Source: Chiloscyllium plagiosum (Eukaryota). From it: a DNA stretch of 64,000 bases. The notes under the pieces are model-generated. The model did not search any database, was not told the DNA's origin, and saw only the letters and a program-made list of their open reading frames with translations. A program made the translations under genes and the position numbers. The stretch is taken from positions 6,959,402 to 7,023,401 of the forward strand of contig NC_057757.1 in the NCBI RefSeq assembly GCF_004010195.1. Reading direction: 5' to 3'. Position 1 is the first letter of the stretch. Every line of letters begins with the position of its first letter. Below, in pieces: positions 11,660-24,000 of this stretch.

Positions 11660-12570
11660 GGACCATGAGCAGGAGTAAGCCATCCGGCCCTTCGAGCCTG
11701 CTCCACCAATCAATATGACCATGGCTGATCACCTACCCTCTCACCACAAACCTTCATTCCTTTACTATTCAAAGAATTGCCTACCTTAGTTTTAAAAACA
11801 TTTACTGAGGAAGCCTCCACCCACTTCACTGGACAGGGAATTGCATGGATTCACAACCCTCTGGGTGAAGAAGTTCCTTTTCCATTCCATCCTAAACCTG
11901 TTCCCCTGAATTTTGAGGCTATGCCCCCTTTGTCATAGTTTCCCCTGCCAGTGGAAACATCCTCTCTACTTCTATCTTATCTATTCCCTTCATAATTTTA
12001 TATGTTTCGATAAGGTGTTCCCCCCCTTATTCCTCTAAGTTCCAATGAATATAATCCCAGTCGACTCAGTCTGTCCTCATAAGCCAAACCCCTCAACTCC
12101 AGAATCAACCTCGTGAACCTCCTCTGCACCCCCTCCAGTGTCAGTACATCCTTTCATAAGGAAGGAGACCAAAACTGCACGCAGTACTCCAGGTTTGGCC
12201 CCACCAGCACCCTGTGCAGCTGCAGCATAACCTCCTGTTTTCAAAGTTATGCAGCAGACCCTTAGTCCAACACGTTCATGCTGACCAGATTTACCAAACG
12301 AAACTAATCCCATTTACCCACTTCCCTCTAAACCTTTGCTATTCACGTATCTGTCCAAACGTGTTGTAACTATACCTGCAATTACCATTTTCTCCAGCAG
12401 TTCATTCCACACACCCCTCTGTGTGGAAAACATTGCCCCTTGGGGCCTTTTTAAACCTTTCTCCTCTCGGCTTAAAACTGTGCCCTCTAGTTCTGAACTT
12501 CCGTACCCTCGGCAAAAGAGACTTTTGCTGTTTACCTAATCTGTGTCCCTCATGATTTTATTAACCTAAC
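11660..12570 (-). mobile_element. Two CR1-type LINE 3' fragments
   Basis: Reverse-complement CR1 ORF2 end and 3' UTR motifs. Confidence 0.75.
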
Positions 12571-12815
12571 CAGCTGTGCACAGGTGAGGTTACAACTGAA
12601 CACATCTCTTTCTTCACTCTGGTCACCACAGGGATTGTGTTGCAGACCTTCAGGGAGAGAATTTTCCCTCAGCCCTGAGTGTTTGGAGCATTTAGTAGGG
12701 GGATGTTGGGGTGGGCATCTGTTTCTTTTCTTGCTTTGTATCTCTTCTGTCTCAGTGTTTAATTATTGTCAACTATATTGAGCTCTGCTCAATTTTCCCT
12801 CTGTCCCTCTTGCAG

Positions 12816-12863
12816 CCGCCTCATGGTGTATCTCAAACTCAGGTGTGATTTGTCTCCAAAGAG
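12816..12863 (+). CDS. AP4M1: AP4M1 exon 12
   Basis: AG/GT; RLMVYLKLRCDLSPK(S). Confidence 0.9.
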
Positions 12864-12966
12864 GTGAGTAGCTGATCCTCTGGGCTCACACGAGATGTCA
12901 GCGCTGATATTGCTCAGTTTTAACCCCTGACCCGAGTCACTAATTGCCTTTTGTTTTGATCTACAG

Positions 12967-13017
12967 TCAAGCTTTGAACGTCACTGTACACCTACCTGTG
13001 CCCAAAGGGACAACAAG
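12967..13017 (+). CDS. AP4M1: AP4M1 exon 13
   Basis: AG/GT; QALNVTVHLPVPKGTT(S). Confidence 0.9.
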
Positions 13018-13139
13018 GTCAGAAAATACATCTTGCTTTACTCTGTATCTAAGCCTGTGCTCTGTCTGTTGTGGGAATGATTCAGACGGAGCTTTACTGT
13101 GCGCCTAATCCTGTGCCGTCCCTGCCCTGGGAGTGTCTG

Positions 13140-13457
13140 GTGGAGATTAGCACTGCTGCCTCACAGTACCAGGGATCCAGGTTCGATACCAGCCTTGGGC
13201 AACTGTCTGTGTGGAGTTTGCACATCCTCCCCATGTCTGCGTGGGGTTTCCTCTGGGTGCTCTGGTTTCACAATCCAAAGATGTGCAGGTCAGGGTGGAT
13301 TGGCTATGGTGAATTGCCCAGAATGTTCAAGGATGTGTAGGTTCGGTGCTTTAGTAAGAGGATCGGGGAATGAGTCTGGGTGGGTTACTCTTTGGAGGGT
13401 TGGTTTAAGATTTGTTAGGCCAAAAGGCCTGTTTCCACACTGTAAGGATTCTATGAT
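13140..13457 (+). mobile_element. V-SINE (HE1-like), degenerate; an opposite-strand copy lies at ~13585-13865
   Basis: ttagcactgctgcctcacag...gtgtggagtttgcacat...ccacactgtaaggattctatg. Confidence 0.75.
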
Positions 13458-14426
13458 TGATTCTGCTTTCATTTTAATAAACTAGAAAGCTGGCTGTGGT
13501 GGTGTTTGTTGCCATAGAGAAGGTGATGGTGAGCTGCCTTCTGAAACTGCTGCAGCAGTCCCACCCATACAGTGCCGTTCATAGAATCCCTACCTCTGAA
13601 GGGCATCTTTCTCATACCACCCCTGCCATCCCTGTAACTCTGCATTTACCATCGCTCATCTACCTAGCCTGCACACCCCTGGATACTACAGGCAATTTAA
13701 CATAGCCAATCCACCCTAACCTGCACATCTTTGGACTGTGGCAGGAAACCCATCCAGACATGGGGAGAACATGCAGACTCTAAGACAGTCACCAGAGGCT
13801 GAATTAAACCTGAGTCCTTTGTACTATAAGGCAGCAGTACTAACCACTGAGCCATTATATCGCCCTTTTGACTCTGACAGTGAAGGAACAGTGCTGAGTC
13901 AATGCTGGGTGGTCCATCTAGTTTAAGTAAATGACTGTGTAGTCTGTGCCTCAGGCTGGTTAAGAATCAAACCCCACTGCTGTCGGTCTGGAGTCTCCTA
14001 GACCAGACTAGGTAAGGACAGCTGATTTGCCTCCCTAAGGAACAGGAGTGACAGAGACCAACATTTACAACCACCAGCCGTAAAGGGAGTTGGAGCTGAT
14101 CACTGAGTTCTGGTGATGTAATAAAAACAGAACTATGGAGTTAGCAGCAGGATCACATCCTGGATTAGATCCGGTCTGAGGGAAGATCTGTTCCTGGACT
14201 TGGATCCATTCTGGGTCAAAGTCTCACTGTGGATCAGGATCCTTTCTGGAACAGTGCCTCAAGACGGTTCAGGATCCCGTCTGGGTTAGGTTTCCACTCC
14301 TGACTCTAAATCTATTCTGGGGCAGTGGCTCATTGGAGACATGGAATCCAGGCTGGAGCAGGATCAAATCATTAGATTTACAGTTTGTCACAGGAGCTGT
14401 CACTGACTCTGGGTAACCGTTTACAG

Positions 14427-14544
14427 TCTGTCACAGGAGCTGAGCAGTCCCGATCAGCGTGCAGAGCTGGACTCAGTCACTCGGTCTGTGCACTGGACCA
14501 TCCCACGTTTCCACGGAGGCTCTCAGCTCTCTGCCCTCTTCAAG
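14427..14544 (+). CDS. AP4M1: AP4M1 exon 14
   Basis: [43 protein letters not shown]. Confidence 0.9.
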
Positions 14545-16009
14545 GTGAGTTCTGGGTGAGTGGAATGGGGCAAACAGTTTGCGAGGAGTGGTGGAAATAG
14601 ACAGTTGAGGAGGGGCGCGAGAGAGAAGGGAGCTGGGTAAATTTGTTCGGACACGTCCAGAGTTATGCAAGATTGAGTCAGGAAGAGTGCTAGCGATCAG
14701 CAATAAGGTAGATTTAAAAAGTAGGCTTTAGCTTTAAACTTTAACAATTAAAAAGCTCGAAAGAATTTTCCCTAAAGTTTCAATACCCCAAGTAGGTGGA
14801 TTACTAACAGTCGTAAAACCCGGCTATTGCATAAAGGCCGTTCAACTCATCAAGTCTACAGAAACCCGAACAGCATCCCACCCAGACCCTAACCGCATAA
14901 CCCTCCATCTTTACCATGGCTGATCCTTATATGCAATGCTGCAATTCACCGTGGCCAATCTACCTAACCTGCTCATCTCTGGACAGTGAGGACACTCGTG
15001 CAAATGCCACATCGTCACCAGAGGCTGAAATCAAACCCAGGTCCCTGGTGCCACAAGGCAGCAGTGCGAGCCATCGTGCCACCACGAGAACGTAGATCAA
15101 AAAAGAAAAAGGGGTGTCAGGGGTGAGGGAGTGTTCGTGTGAATCCCTGTAGCAATGCCAGGGAGCAAATTGTGAACTGTTTGAGTGGGGAAGGCTTGGC
15201 GGAGAATAGACAGAATCAGCAGCATACTTAATTCCAGCTTCACACAAGGTACTGGGGAGAGGACAATCCTCTGTTGATTAAAGATTCACTTTACATGAAC
15301 AAAGACTGGGACAGGGGTTAACGTACAGATAGACCTATCAGTGGAATATGGCTAGTATTTTCCTGCAAGGTGGTGTTCATTGGGAATTCAATTATTCACC
15401 ACTATTACTAATGGACTTGGGATGACTGAGTGGAAAAGCCCATACAAATGGCAAGTGTTGGCCTAATCTCAGCAATGCAGACAGACGCATAAAATTGCAG
15501 CTGTCTGACAGACTATAGGTTACAGTCGTTCCTGTAGAAAAGGCTCAAAAGAAGAGGATCCAAAACTACAACTAAATAGAAGATAGAACAAAGAAGTGAC
15601 ACCAGAAGATGTTCCAAGGGGACAGCAGTGGGCTGGCCATCAACCTGGAGAAAGGAATTGACTCACGAAGCAAGAGGCAGATTTTTGTTAGTGTGCATTT
15701 GGAGAGAAGGCTGGGTGATGCAGTGGTTTCAGATTCACAAAGGCCTAAGATATGGAATGTAGAACTGGGCAGAGCAGGTGAGCTCTATGTTTTAGATGGT
15801 CGGATGACTGACTGCAGTTTGGGTTTGTTTGTACACAAATCACCAAGTTAACATGTCAGTGTTAAGCAATCAGCCAGAAATATGTCTGTGTTTGGATGGG
15901 TTTATGGAGGGTGATGCTCCTCACCCTTTTGCTGAGGAACGTGTTAAGGGCTGAGGAATGCGAAGTGACCATTCTAACTGGTGTCCACATTTTTCCCCAC
16001 CCTCTGCAG

Positions 16010-16201
16010 CTGGAGGTTCCAGGATTAAGCGCCTCGTCTCTGCTGGAGCTGGGTCCCGTCTGCATGCAGTTCGAGCTCCCCATGAGCACCTGCTCAGGGC
16101 TGCAGGTTAGGTTCCTGCGTGTATCCAGCACACATCCCCCACTGCCCCATCGGTGGGTCCGCTACGTCACACACAGCGACTCCTACGTCATCCGCCTGTG
16201 A
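16010..16201 (+). CDS. AP4M1: AP4M1 terminal coding exon 15
   Basis: [38 protein letters not shown]...[17 protein letters not shown] (human ...SGLQVRFLR...KWVRHLSHSDAYVIRI). Confidence 0.93.
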   Translation: MEVPGLSASSLLELGPVCMQFELPMSTCSGLQVRFLRVSSTHPPLPHRWVRYVTHSDSYVIRL

Positions 16202-16460
16202 ATGGGAAGGAGTGGGGGCCTCTTGGGTCTGCAAAGTGGTCTCAGGCGAGGGGGCTTGACCGAAAAGCAAAATGGTCTCTCTTCTGGAGCGAGGACGGCC
16301 CTGGGTTGCTTCAAGTCAGCACCTCAGGTCACAGCTATGAGGGGAGCCTCTCCAACACACCTTGCCACTGATGCAGATCATGCCAAAAACTGTGCTCAAC
16401 CATGTCTGAATGGGATATGGCGGGGGATGGAGGGAGGGGATTTTTCTAAACAAGCGTACA

Positions 16461-16466
16461 AATAAA
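16461..16466 (+). promoter_or_regulatory. Probable AP4M1 polyadenylation signal AATAAA
   Basis: First AATAAA, 260 nt after the stop codon. Confidence 0.55.
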
Positions 16467-17128
16467 AACCTAAGATGAAGTTGTCAGTAGACAGTGTAGA
16501 AAGTGTTCAAGTTTATCCTTCAATGGGATTTGCAAGGCTGGCATTTGTTAAAATCCCTGATTGAACTGGAGCTTGCTGACCCATTCCCAGGGACAAGCGC
16601 TGGAAAGTAGGATGAGAATAGTAAGGTGCCCATTTTTTGACTGCTGCAGACTTGATGGGCTGAAGGACATTTTTCTGTGCCACAGGCTGGAAGAACACAA
16701 CAAGCCAGGCAGCATCAGAAGGTGCAGACGTCAACATTTCGGGTACAACCCTTCCTGAAGAAACGTTGACTTCTCCACCTGCTGCTGCCTGGCTTGCTGT
16801 GTTCTTGCAGCCTCCTGCTTATGTACTGCGGATTCCAGCATCTGCAGGTTTTTGTTTGTCTCTAAGTAGGCCAGACTGGGTGAGGCTGGCAGATTTCCCT
16901 CTCTCAAGGCCTTTGTTGTTAAAATCTATCAATATACACGAGACAGGTGTTCATCCTTATGCTTACTCCACCATTCAATAGGATCATGGCTGATCCTCAC
17001 ATCCAGTTTTCTGTGTTTTTCCTTTAAGCCTTCATCCACAAGACATGACTCACAATATGCCACAGTCTATGTTAACACTTCAGACCTCAGGAACAACAAA
17101 CAGGAAATTATGTGAACGCGATATAACT

Positions 17129-17134
17129 TTTAAT
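17129..17134 (-). promoter_or_regulatory. Candidate STAG3 polyadenylation signal ATTAAA
   Basis: TTTAAT on + about 370 nt past the STAG3 stop. Confidence 0.35.
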
Positions 17135-17499
17135 AATGGCTGATAAACTAAACAACAAAATCTCTTTACATCAGAACTATACAAAAAAAGTTCAACTATA
17201 CAACAGAGGCAAGAGACCCTGTCCGGATCCTTACTTGTGGGTTGGGGGGGGGGAAGAGAACACATTCACCTGCTCTCGGTGATTAAACCTCATCCAAAAA
17301 TCACTTTTGCAGACACGTGATCAACAAATACAACTGAAATCAGTGCCTTTGGTTTTGTCACTGCGAGCAACTGGCCTCTAGCACAGAGAGACCCTCAAAC
17401 ACAAAATCGTTCCCTCCCCATATCCCAATTCACTCCAGCCAATGACAGCTCCACGGTGCAGGACTGAAGGCCAGACGTCGGCAAGTTCAATCAGTTGCT

Positions 17500-17508
17500 T
17501 CAGAAATC
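17500..17508 (-). CDS. STAG3: STAG3 terminal coding exon (DF*)
   Basis: ctcttgtcttctcAG|GAT TTC TGA; gives ...LDIDDF*, matching the human STAG3 end ...LDIEDF. Confidence 0.82.
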   Translation of the reverse strand, partial: DF

Positions 17509-18169
17509 CTGAGAAGACAAGAGGCGAGAACTAGAGGGGCAGCGTTCTGGGTCAACATGGGATACAGTAACAGCGAGACTGATTGAGCCCAGATCCCACC
17601 CCCACCCACCAGTTAGCTGCAGAATGGTTTGGTGAAAATTACAGACGACTTGGGGTCAGATGGATGGCCCTCCAGCTTGATCTAATTACCTACCCGTGCC
17701 CCACCCTGCATGCTTTCATCACCTCATTCCATGATTCTTCCACTTCTAAGTCATAGCTGAACAGCTTTGGCTTGGACTCGCTGGTGTTCAGAGGAACAAC
17801 AGGGGAAGGGGATCTGATTGAGACACAAAGTGAGACTGCTGACTTATTCACTGAGCTTGTAAGTTGGTTGGCAGGAATTTCACCACCGTACCAGCGCGCC
17901 TCCAGATGAATCGTTGGCGTTCTGTCCTGCGTGCATATGTTTACGTGATCCCAGTTTGCTGAGGTGGGTGCCATCACTTCTGGCTGTTTGTTAATGGTTG
18001 GTATATGGGGTCTAACTTGACATATTTGTAAATGGACTTCTGGGTGGAGTGTAAACAAACTTACCAGCTCAGCGAGCAAGTCAAATTACTCACCCACAGT
18101 CTCAGCTACAGACCTTCAGATGTATAAAATGCTAAACGGGGTTGATAAGATAAGGGCATTGGCTTTAAA

Positions 18170-18930
18170 AGGCAACCATGTAGGGGTTTATAAAATCCAT
18201 GAGGGGCATGGATAGGGTGAATAGACAAAATCTTTTCCCCTAGGGTGGGAAGTCCAAAACCAGACGGCCCAGGTTTAGGGTGAGAGGGGAAAGATATAAA
18301 AGGAACCGAAGGGGCAACTTTTCCACACAGAGGGTGGTGCATGTATGATTAGATTAGAGTTAGATTACATTACAGTGTGGAAACAGGCCCTTCGGCCCAA
18401 CAAGTCCACACCGACCCGCCGAAGCGCAACCCACCCATACCCCTACATTTACCCCTTACCTAACTCTACGGGCGATTTAGCATCTTTGGACTGTGGAAGG
18501 AAACCGGAGCACCCCGAGGAAACCCACGCAGACACGGGGAGAACGTGCAAACTCCACACAGTCAGTCGCCTGAGGCGGGAATTGAATTCGGGTCTCCGGC
18601 GCTGTGAGGCAGCAGTGCTAACCACTGTGCCACCGTATGGAATGAGCTGCCAGAGGAAGTGGTGGAGGCTGGTACAATTACAGTATTTAAAAGGCACCTG
18701 GATGGGCACGTGAATAGGAAGGTTTAGAGTGATATGGGCCAAGTCATAGAGATGTACAGCACGGAAACAGACCCTTCAGTCCAACTCATCCATGCCAACC
18801 AGTTGTCCCCAACCAATCTAGTCCCATCTGCCAGCACCCTGCCCATATCCCAGTGCTGGCAAATGGAACAAGGTTAATTTAGGATAACTGGTCGGCACGG
18901 ACAAGTTGGACCAAAGGGTCTGTTTTTGTG
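18170..18930 (+). mobile_element. CR1 3' fragment with nested minus-strand V-SINE (18348-18634, TSD GTATG)
   Basis: CR1 sequence resumes after the SINE; GTATG at 18343-18347 and 18635-18639. Confidence 0.82.
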
Positions 18931-19641
18931 TTGCACAAGGAGGAATGTCTGTTATAGTCTTGAGCAAGAGGAACGAGCTTCAAAACTGAGGTGAGAAGAA
19001 ACTATTACATTCAGAGGTTTGTGAAGCTGTGGAACTGTGTCCTAGAGGGCAGTGCAAGCAGAATAAATCACCAGATTCAAGAAAGAAATAGATAAGTTTC
19101 TGGTGAAAAAGCAGGATAAAAGGCTATGGGGATGAGGTAGGAAAGACAGAGGTAAGGGCTGAACTGCCTGCTCCAGCTCCTAACTCCTGTACTCCCACCT
19201 TAAAATTATTCAAAGACATTTGAGCAGAGTTCCAAAGACTGAGGACCTGTGACAAAAAAGTCCTTCTCTTCGGTTTTAAATGGGTGAGCCCTGGTTTTTA
19301 AATAGCAGTTAGAGAATGACATTCAAGGGAGCCGGCTGAGATTTATTGAAATGGTCCCACTGTTGGGGGAATTATAACTACGTGCACGAATATGGAGACA
19401 CTTTATGATGAATGGCTCAGATAGGGCAAACAAAAGACTGTTCCCAGAAACTGGAGGATGATAAACAGAAAACACAATGAAGCTAATTGACAAAAGAACC
19501 AAAGGTGACAGAGTCTTAGACACGTACAGCACAGAAACAACTCGTCCATGCCGACCAGATATCTTAAATCAATTTAGTCACATTTGCCAGCATTTGGGCC
19601 ACATCCCTCCAAACCCTTCCTCTTCATGTGCCCATACAGAT

Positions 19642-19980
19642 TTACAAAATTATGAGGGGCATGATTAGGATAAATAGACAAAAGTCTTTTTCCCTGGGGT
19701 GGGGAAGTCCAGAACTAGGGGGCATAGGTTTAAAATGAGAGAGGATAGGTATAAAAGAGACGTAAGGGGTAACTTTTTCATGCAGAGAGTGGTACGTGTA
19801 TGGAACGAGCTGCCAGAGGAAGTGGTGGGGACTGGTACAATTCCAGCATCTAAAAGGCATTTGGATGGGTGTATGAATAGGAAGGGTTTGGAGGGATATG
19901 GGCCGGGTGTTGGCAGGTGGGACTAGATTGGGTTGGGATATCTGGACGGCATGGATGGGTTGGACCGAAGGGTCTGTTTG
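19642..19980 (+). mobile_element. CR1 3' end
   Basis: KSRTRGHRFKMREDRYKRDVRGNFFMQRVVRVWNELPEEVV...EGYGPGVGRWD*. Confidence 0.85.
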
Positions 19981-20931
19981 ACTCTTAAGTGTTGTTCTTG
20001 TACCAACCTCCACCATATCATCTGGTCAAAAGAAAACAAAAAATTCCACAGCATTTTTGGGTTTCTAAGACTTCCATTTGGTGGACGAATCTCTGACCAT
20101 GAAACATGGATTCTCTTTCTTTTACTTCTTCCCAGGGTGCGGGTGTCACCTACAAAGCTGGCACTTGTTGCTGAGCTCTAGTTGCTCTCGGACTGAGGAT
20201 GGTTTAAGTGTCAACCATATTGGCTGTGGGTTCAGTGTCACATGTAGACCAGGAAAAGACAGCAGACTTCCCCTTCCCTAAAGGAAGCTGAGGCCCAGGC
20301 TTATGTTGTGGGAACTCGGGTTCAAATCCCAGCACAGCAGCTGCTCCATCTAAAATTCAATTCATCATAACATCCAAAATCCATCTGGTTCGTGGATTCT
20401 TTCTCGGGAAGAAAATCTGCTATCCTTACAATGTGCCTGACTCCTAACTGTCCTCGGAAATAGCTGAACAAGCCACTCAGATCAAGAGGTAATCAATCAG
20501 AGATGGACAACATGTACTGAGTTTACCAGCAGCACTGACATCCCGTGAAAAACATAAACGAAAAGAAATAATGATACATGGACATGGAGGGGGTGAGAAG
20601 AGGCAGGATGAGGGGCCATTACCTCAAAAATGTAAAATCAGATCATTCAGGGGTAATGTCAGGAAGCACTTCCTCGGATAAAAAGTTAGTGGAAATCTGA
20701 ACTCCTCCTCCCCAACTTGTAAAAACTAGCCATTGGGACAATGGAGAGAAATGGAACAAAGGACTTTAAAATACAGAGCAGTTTGGATCGAATTGTAGAT
20801 GGAATAGGCTTAAGGAGGTCAATGGTCTCCTTCCTGTTACTGTGCAGCATGTTTGAGGGGCTGAACTCGCCACCCCCTGTACCAGTGAGATAGGCTCGGG
20901 GATTTCAGTGTGAACAGGCGCAGTTACTTAC

Positions 20932-21003
20932 ATCAATGTCGAGAATACTGGAGTCGAACAGATCCTGCAACAGACCGGCTCGGCCCTGTCTGATCGGCGG
21001 AGC
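20932..21003 (-). CDS. STAG3: STAG3 penultimate coding exon
   Basis: tttcAG|APPIRQGRAGLLQDLFDSSILDID|GTAAGT. Confidence 0.85.
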
Positions 21004-21256
21004 CTGAAAGAGCGAGACAGACACACACACAATCATAGAAAGGATTTCAAGACAGCTACAAGCCTGCGGCATATAGATCCCTGGAGGTCGACACAGAGAG
21101 AGATAGCAGTGAGTTGGCAAACACCCAACACGGGCCAGCCGTGGCTCAATGACTCTCATTTCAGACGATTGAGTAGATAATCTAAGCTGACAACCAACTA
21201 ACTGCAGTGCAGCCATGTGGTTAGTCATTTACAGGTACCATCGTGGGCGGGGTAGG

Positions 21257-22042
21257 GTCAGTCAGTGCCGCAGGAGTGCCATATCAATCCCATGTCAGTC
21301 AGCACCGAGGGAGCGCCGCACCATCGAAGGGTCAGTCAGCACCGAGGGAGCGCCGCACCATCAAAGGGTCAGTCAGCACCGAGGGAGCGCCGCACCATTG
21401 AAGGGTCAGTCAGCACCGAGGGAGCACCGCACCATCGGAGGGTCAGTCAGCACCGAGGGAGCACCGCACCATCGAAGGGTCAGTCAGCACGGAGGGAGCG
21501 TCGCACCATCGAAGGGTCAGTCAGCACCGAGGGAGCGCCGCACCATCGGAGGGTCAGTCAGCACCGAGGGAGCGCCGCACCATCGGAGGGTCAGTCAGCA
21601 CCGAGGGAGTGCCGCACCATCGAAGGGTCAGTCAGCACCGAGGGAGTGCCGCACCATTGGAGGGTCAGTCGGCGCTGAAGGAGCGCCGCACCATCGAAGG
21701 GTCAGTCAGCACCGAGGGAGCGCCGCACCATTGAAGGGTCAGTCAGCACCGAGGGAGCACCGCACCATCGGAGGGTCAGTCAGCACCGAGGGAGCACCGC
21801 ACCATCAGAGCGTCAGTCAGCACCGAGGGAGCACCGCACCATCGAAGGGTCAGTCAGTGGCGAGGGAGCGCCGCACCATCGGAGGGTCAGTCAGTGGCGA
21901 GGGAGTGCCACACCATCGAAGGGTCAGTCAGCACCGAGGAAGCACCGCACCATCGGGGGGTCAGTCGGCGCTGAAGGAGCGCCGCACCATCGAAGGGTCA
22001 GTCAGCACCGAGGAAGCACCGCACCATCGGGGGGTCAGTCGG
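21257..22042. repeat. 37-bp CpG-rich minisatellite array (cagtcagcaccgagggagcgccgcaccatcgaagggt)
   Basis: About 20 tandem units; a second array at ~22363-23050. Confidence 0.95.
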
Positions 22043-23050
22043 TCAATGTCGAGAATACTGGAGTCGAACAGATCCTGCAACAGACCGGCTCGGCCCTGTC
22101 TGATCGGCGGAGCCTGAAAGAGCGAGACACACACACACAATCATAGAAAGGATTTCAAGACAGCTACAAGCCTGCGGCATATAGGTCCCTGGAGGTCGAC
22201 ACAGAGGGAGATGGCAGTGAGTTGGCAAACACCCAATACGGGCCAGCCGTGGCTCAATGACTCTCATTTCAGACGATTGAGTAGGTAATCTAAGCCGACA
22301 ACCAACTAACTGCAGTGCAGTCATGTGGTTAGTCATTTACAGGTACCATTGTGGGCGGGGTAGGGTCAGTCAGTGCCGAGGGAGCACCACATCAATCCAA
22401 TGTCAGTCAGCACCAAGGGAGCGCCGCACCATCAAAGGGTCAGTCAGCACCAAGGGAGCGCCGCACTATCGAAGGGTCAGTGCCGCAGGAGTGCCATATC
22501 AATCCCATGTCAGTCAGCACCGAGGGAGCGCCGCACCATCGAAGGGTCAATCGGCGCCGAGGGAGCGCCGCACCATCGAAGGGTCAGTCGGCGCCGAGGG
22601 AGCACCGCACCATCGGAGGGTCAGTCGGCGCCGAGGGAGCGCCGCACCATCGGAGGGTCAGTCGGCACCGAGGGAGCACCACACCATCGGAGGGTCAGTC
22701 GGCACCGAGGGAGCGCCGCACCATCGGAGGGTCAGTCGGCGCTGAAGGAGCGCCGCACCATCAGGGGGGTCAGTCGGCGCTGAAGGAGCGCCGCACCATC
22801 GGAGGGTCAGTCGGTGGTGAGGGAGCACCGCACCATCAGGGGGTTAGTCAGTGCCAAGGGAGCGCCGCACCATCGGAGGGTCAGTCGGTGGCGAGGGAGC
22901 GCCGCACCATCAGAGGGTCAGTCAGCACCGAGGGAGCGCCGCACCATTGGAGGGTCAGTCGGCGCCGAGGGAGCGCCGCACCATCGAAGGGTCAGTCAAC
23001 ACTGAGGGAGTGCCACACCATCAGAGGGTCAGTGCTTTGGGAGCACTGAC
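22043..23050 (-). repeat. Tandem duplicate (offset ~1110) of STAG3 penultimate exon + intron + 37-bp minisatellite, lacking the donor
   Basis: 22043-~22375 matches 20933-~21268 with about 10 differences, all intronic. Confidence 0.9.
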
Positions 23051-23099
23051 AGTGCCTTGTCCCACACCCTGCCTCCAAGGCCCCTCTATAGATACTGAC

Positions 23100-23199
23100 C
23101 AGACTGATCTCGCTGTTTGCATCAGAACGCTCACTCGTGGCATCTGATATCATTTCTCCTGTCTCTGACTCTTCACCATCTTCCTCCATCAGACTGAGC
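23100..23199 (-). CDS. STAG3: STAG3 exon
   Basis: (CT)n + AG; LSLMEEDGEESETGEMISDATSERSDANSEISL (human RLSLMEEDEEEE). Confidence 0.85.
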
Positions 23200-24000
23200 C
23201 TGAGAGAGAGAGAGAGAGAGAGATAAAACAACATACCCATGAAACTGAGCATCCGAGAGAATTACACATAGAAGAACGATGCTGAACTGAGAAAAGGCCC
23301 CTTTCCTTTGGAACCCTCCACCCATATTCCTCCCCACCCCAACCACCCATTTAAGGCTGCTCTGTTGCATGAAGAACCAACCCAGCTGGAGAAACCGAAA
23401 CTCATCTGACCCTGCCACTTCACTCACTCTCCCCTACTCCAGTTCAGCTACTACATTCCAGAACCAACCTCGTCCGAGTCCTCAAGCCCTCCTTATGCCC
23501 AGTAAAGCCACACTGCCCACAGCCCCTCCATCTCTGCTTCACCCCCTCCCCACAACAGAAAATCAAAGACCCCCTGCCAACTCCCTGCTTCTGAGAGGAA
23601 TGCATTATCCATTGAGTTAAACTGATGCAATGGGCCCTGATGCTGACACAAGCCTCCCCTGTCCTGGTCTTTGCTCGGTCTCATAGCGGTGAGGCACACA
23701 ACCTGATTTTCCACCTTCAAATCACAATGCTGCCCCCTTGACACTGATTTCCCCCTCCCCCTCACCATGTCAGCACTGCCTGGCCCGTGACACTAACATT
23801 CCCAGTGACAGAGTTGCCCTGCGATGCCACCCCCCCCCCCACGTTGCTGTCCCTCTCCCGGTGTTGAGCTTTAACGCCAGATCCGCTGTCTCACTGTTGC
23901 CCCATGACACCGGTCTCCTCTCCCCGGGGCTGCCAAGGAGCTGGGGTTAAAATTGACAGTGAGGTCCAAGCGCGCAAGTCACCAAAACCCAGTGACGTAC

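Noticed and set aside
20905..20931. STAG3 ending as ...DIDVSNCACSH* per the ORF track
   Set aside because: A strong GTAAGT donor follows DID, and a downstream DF* exon matches the known STAG3 terminus
21215..23147. 300-aa and 232-aa plus-strand ORFs; superficial CRISPR-like periodicity
   Set aside because: Head-to-tail 37-bp tandem units with no unique spacers; eukaryotic intron and no cas genes
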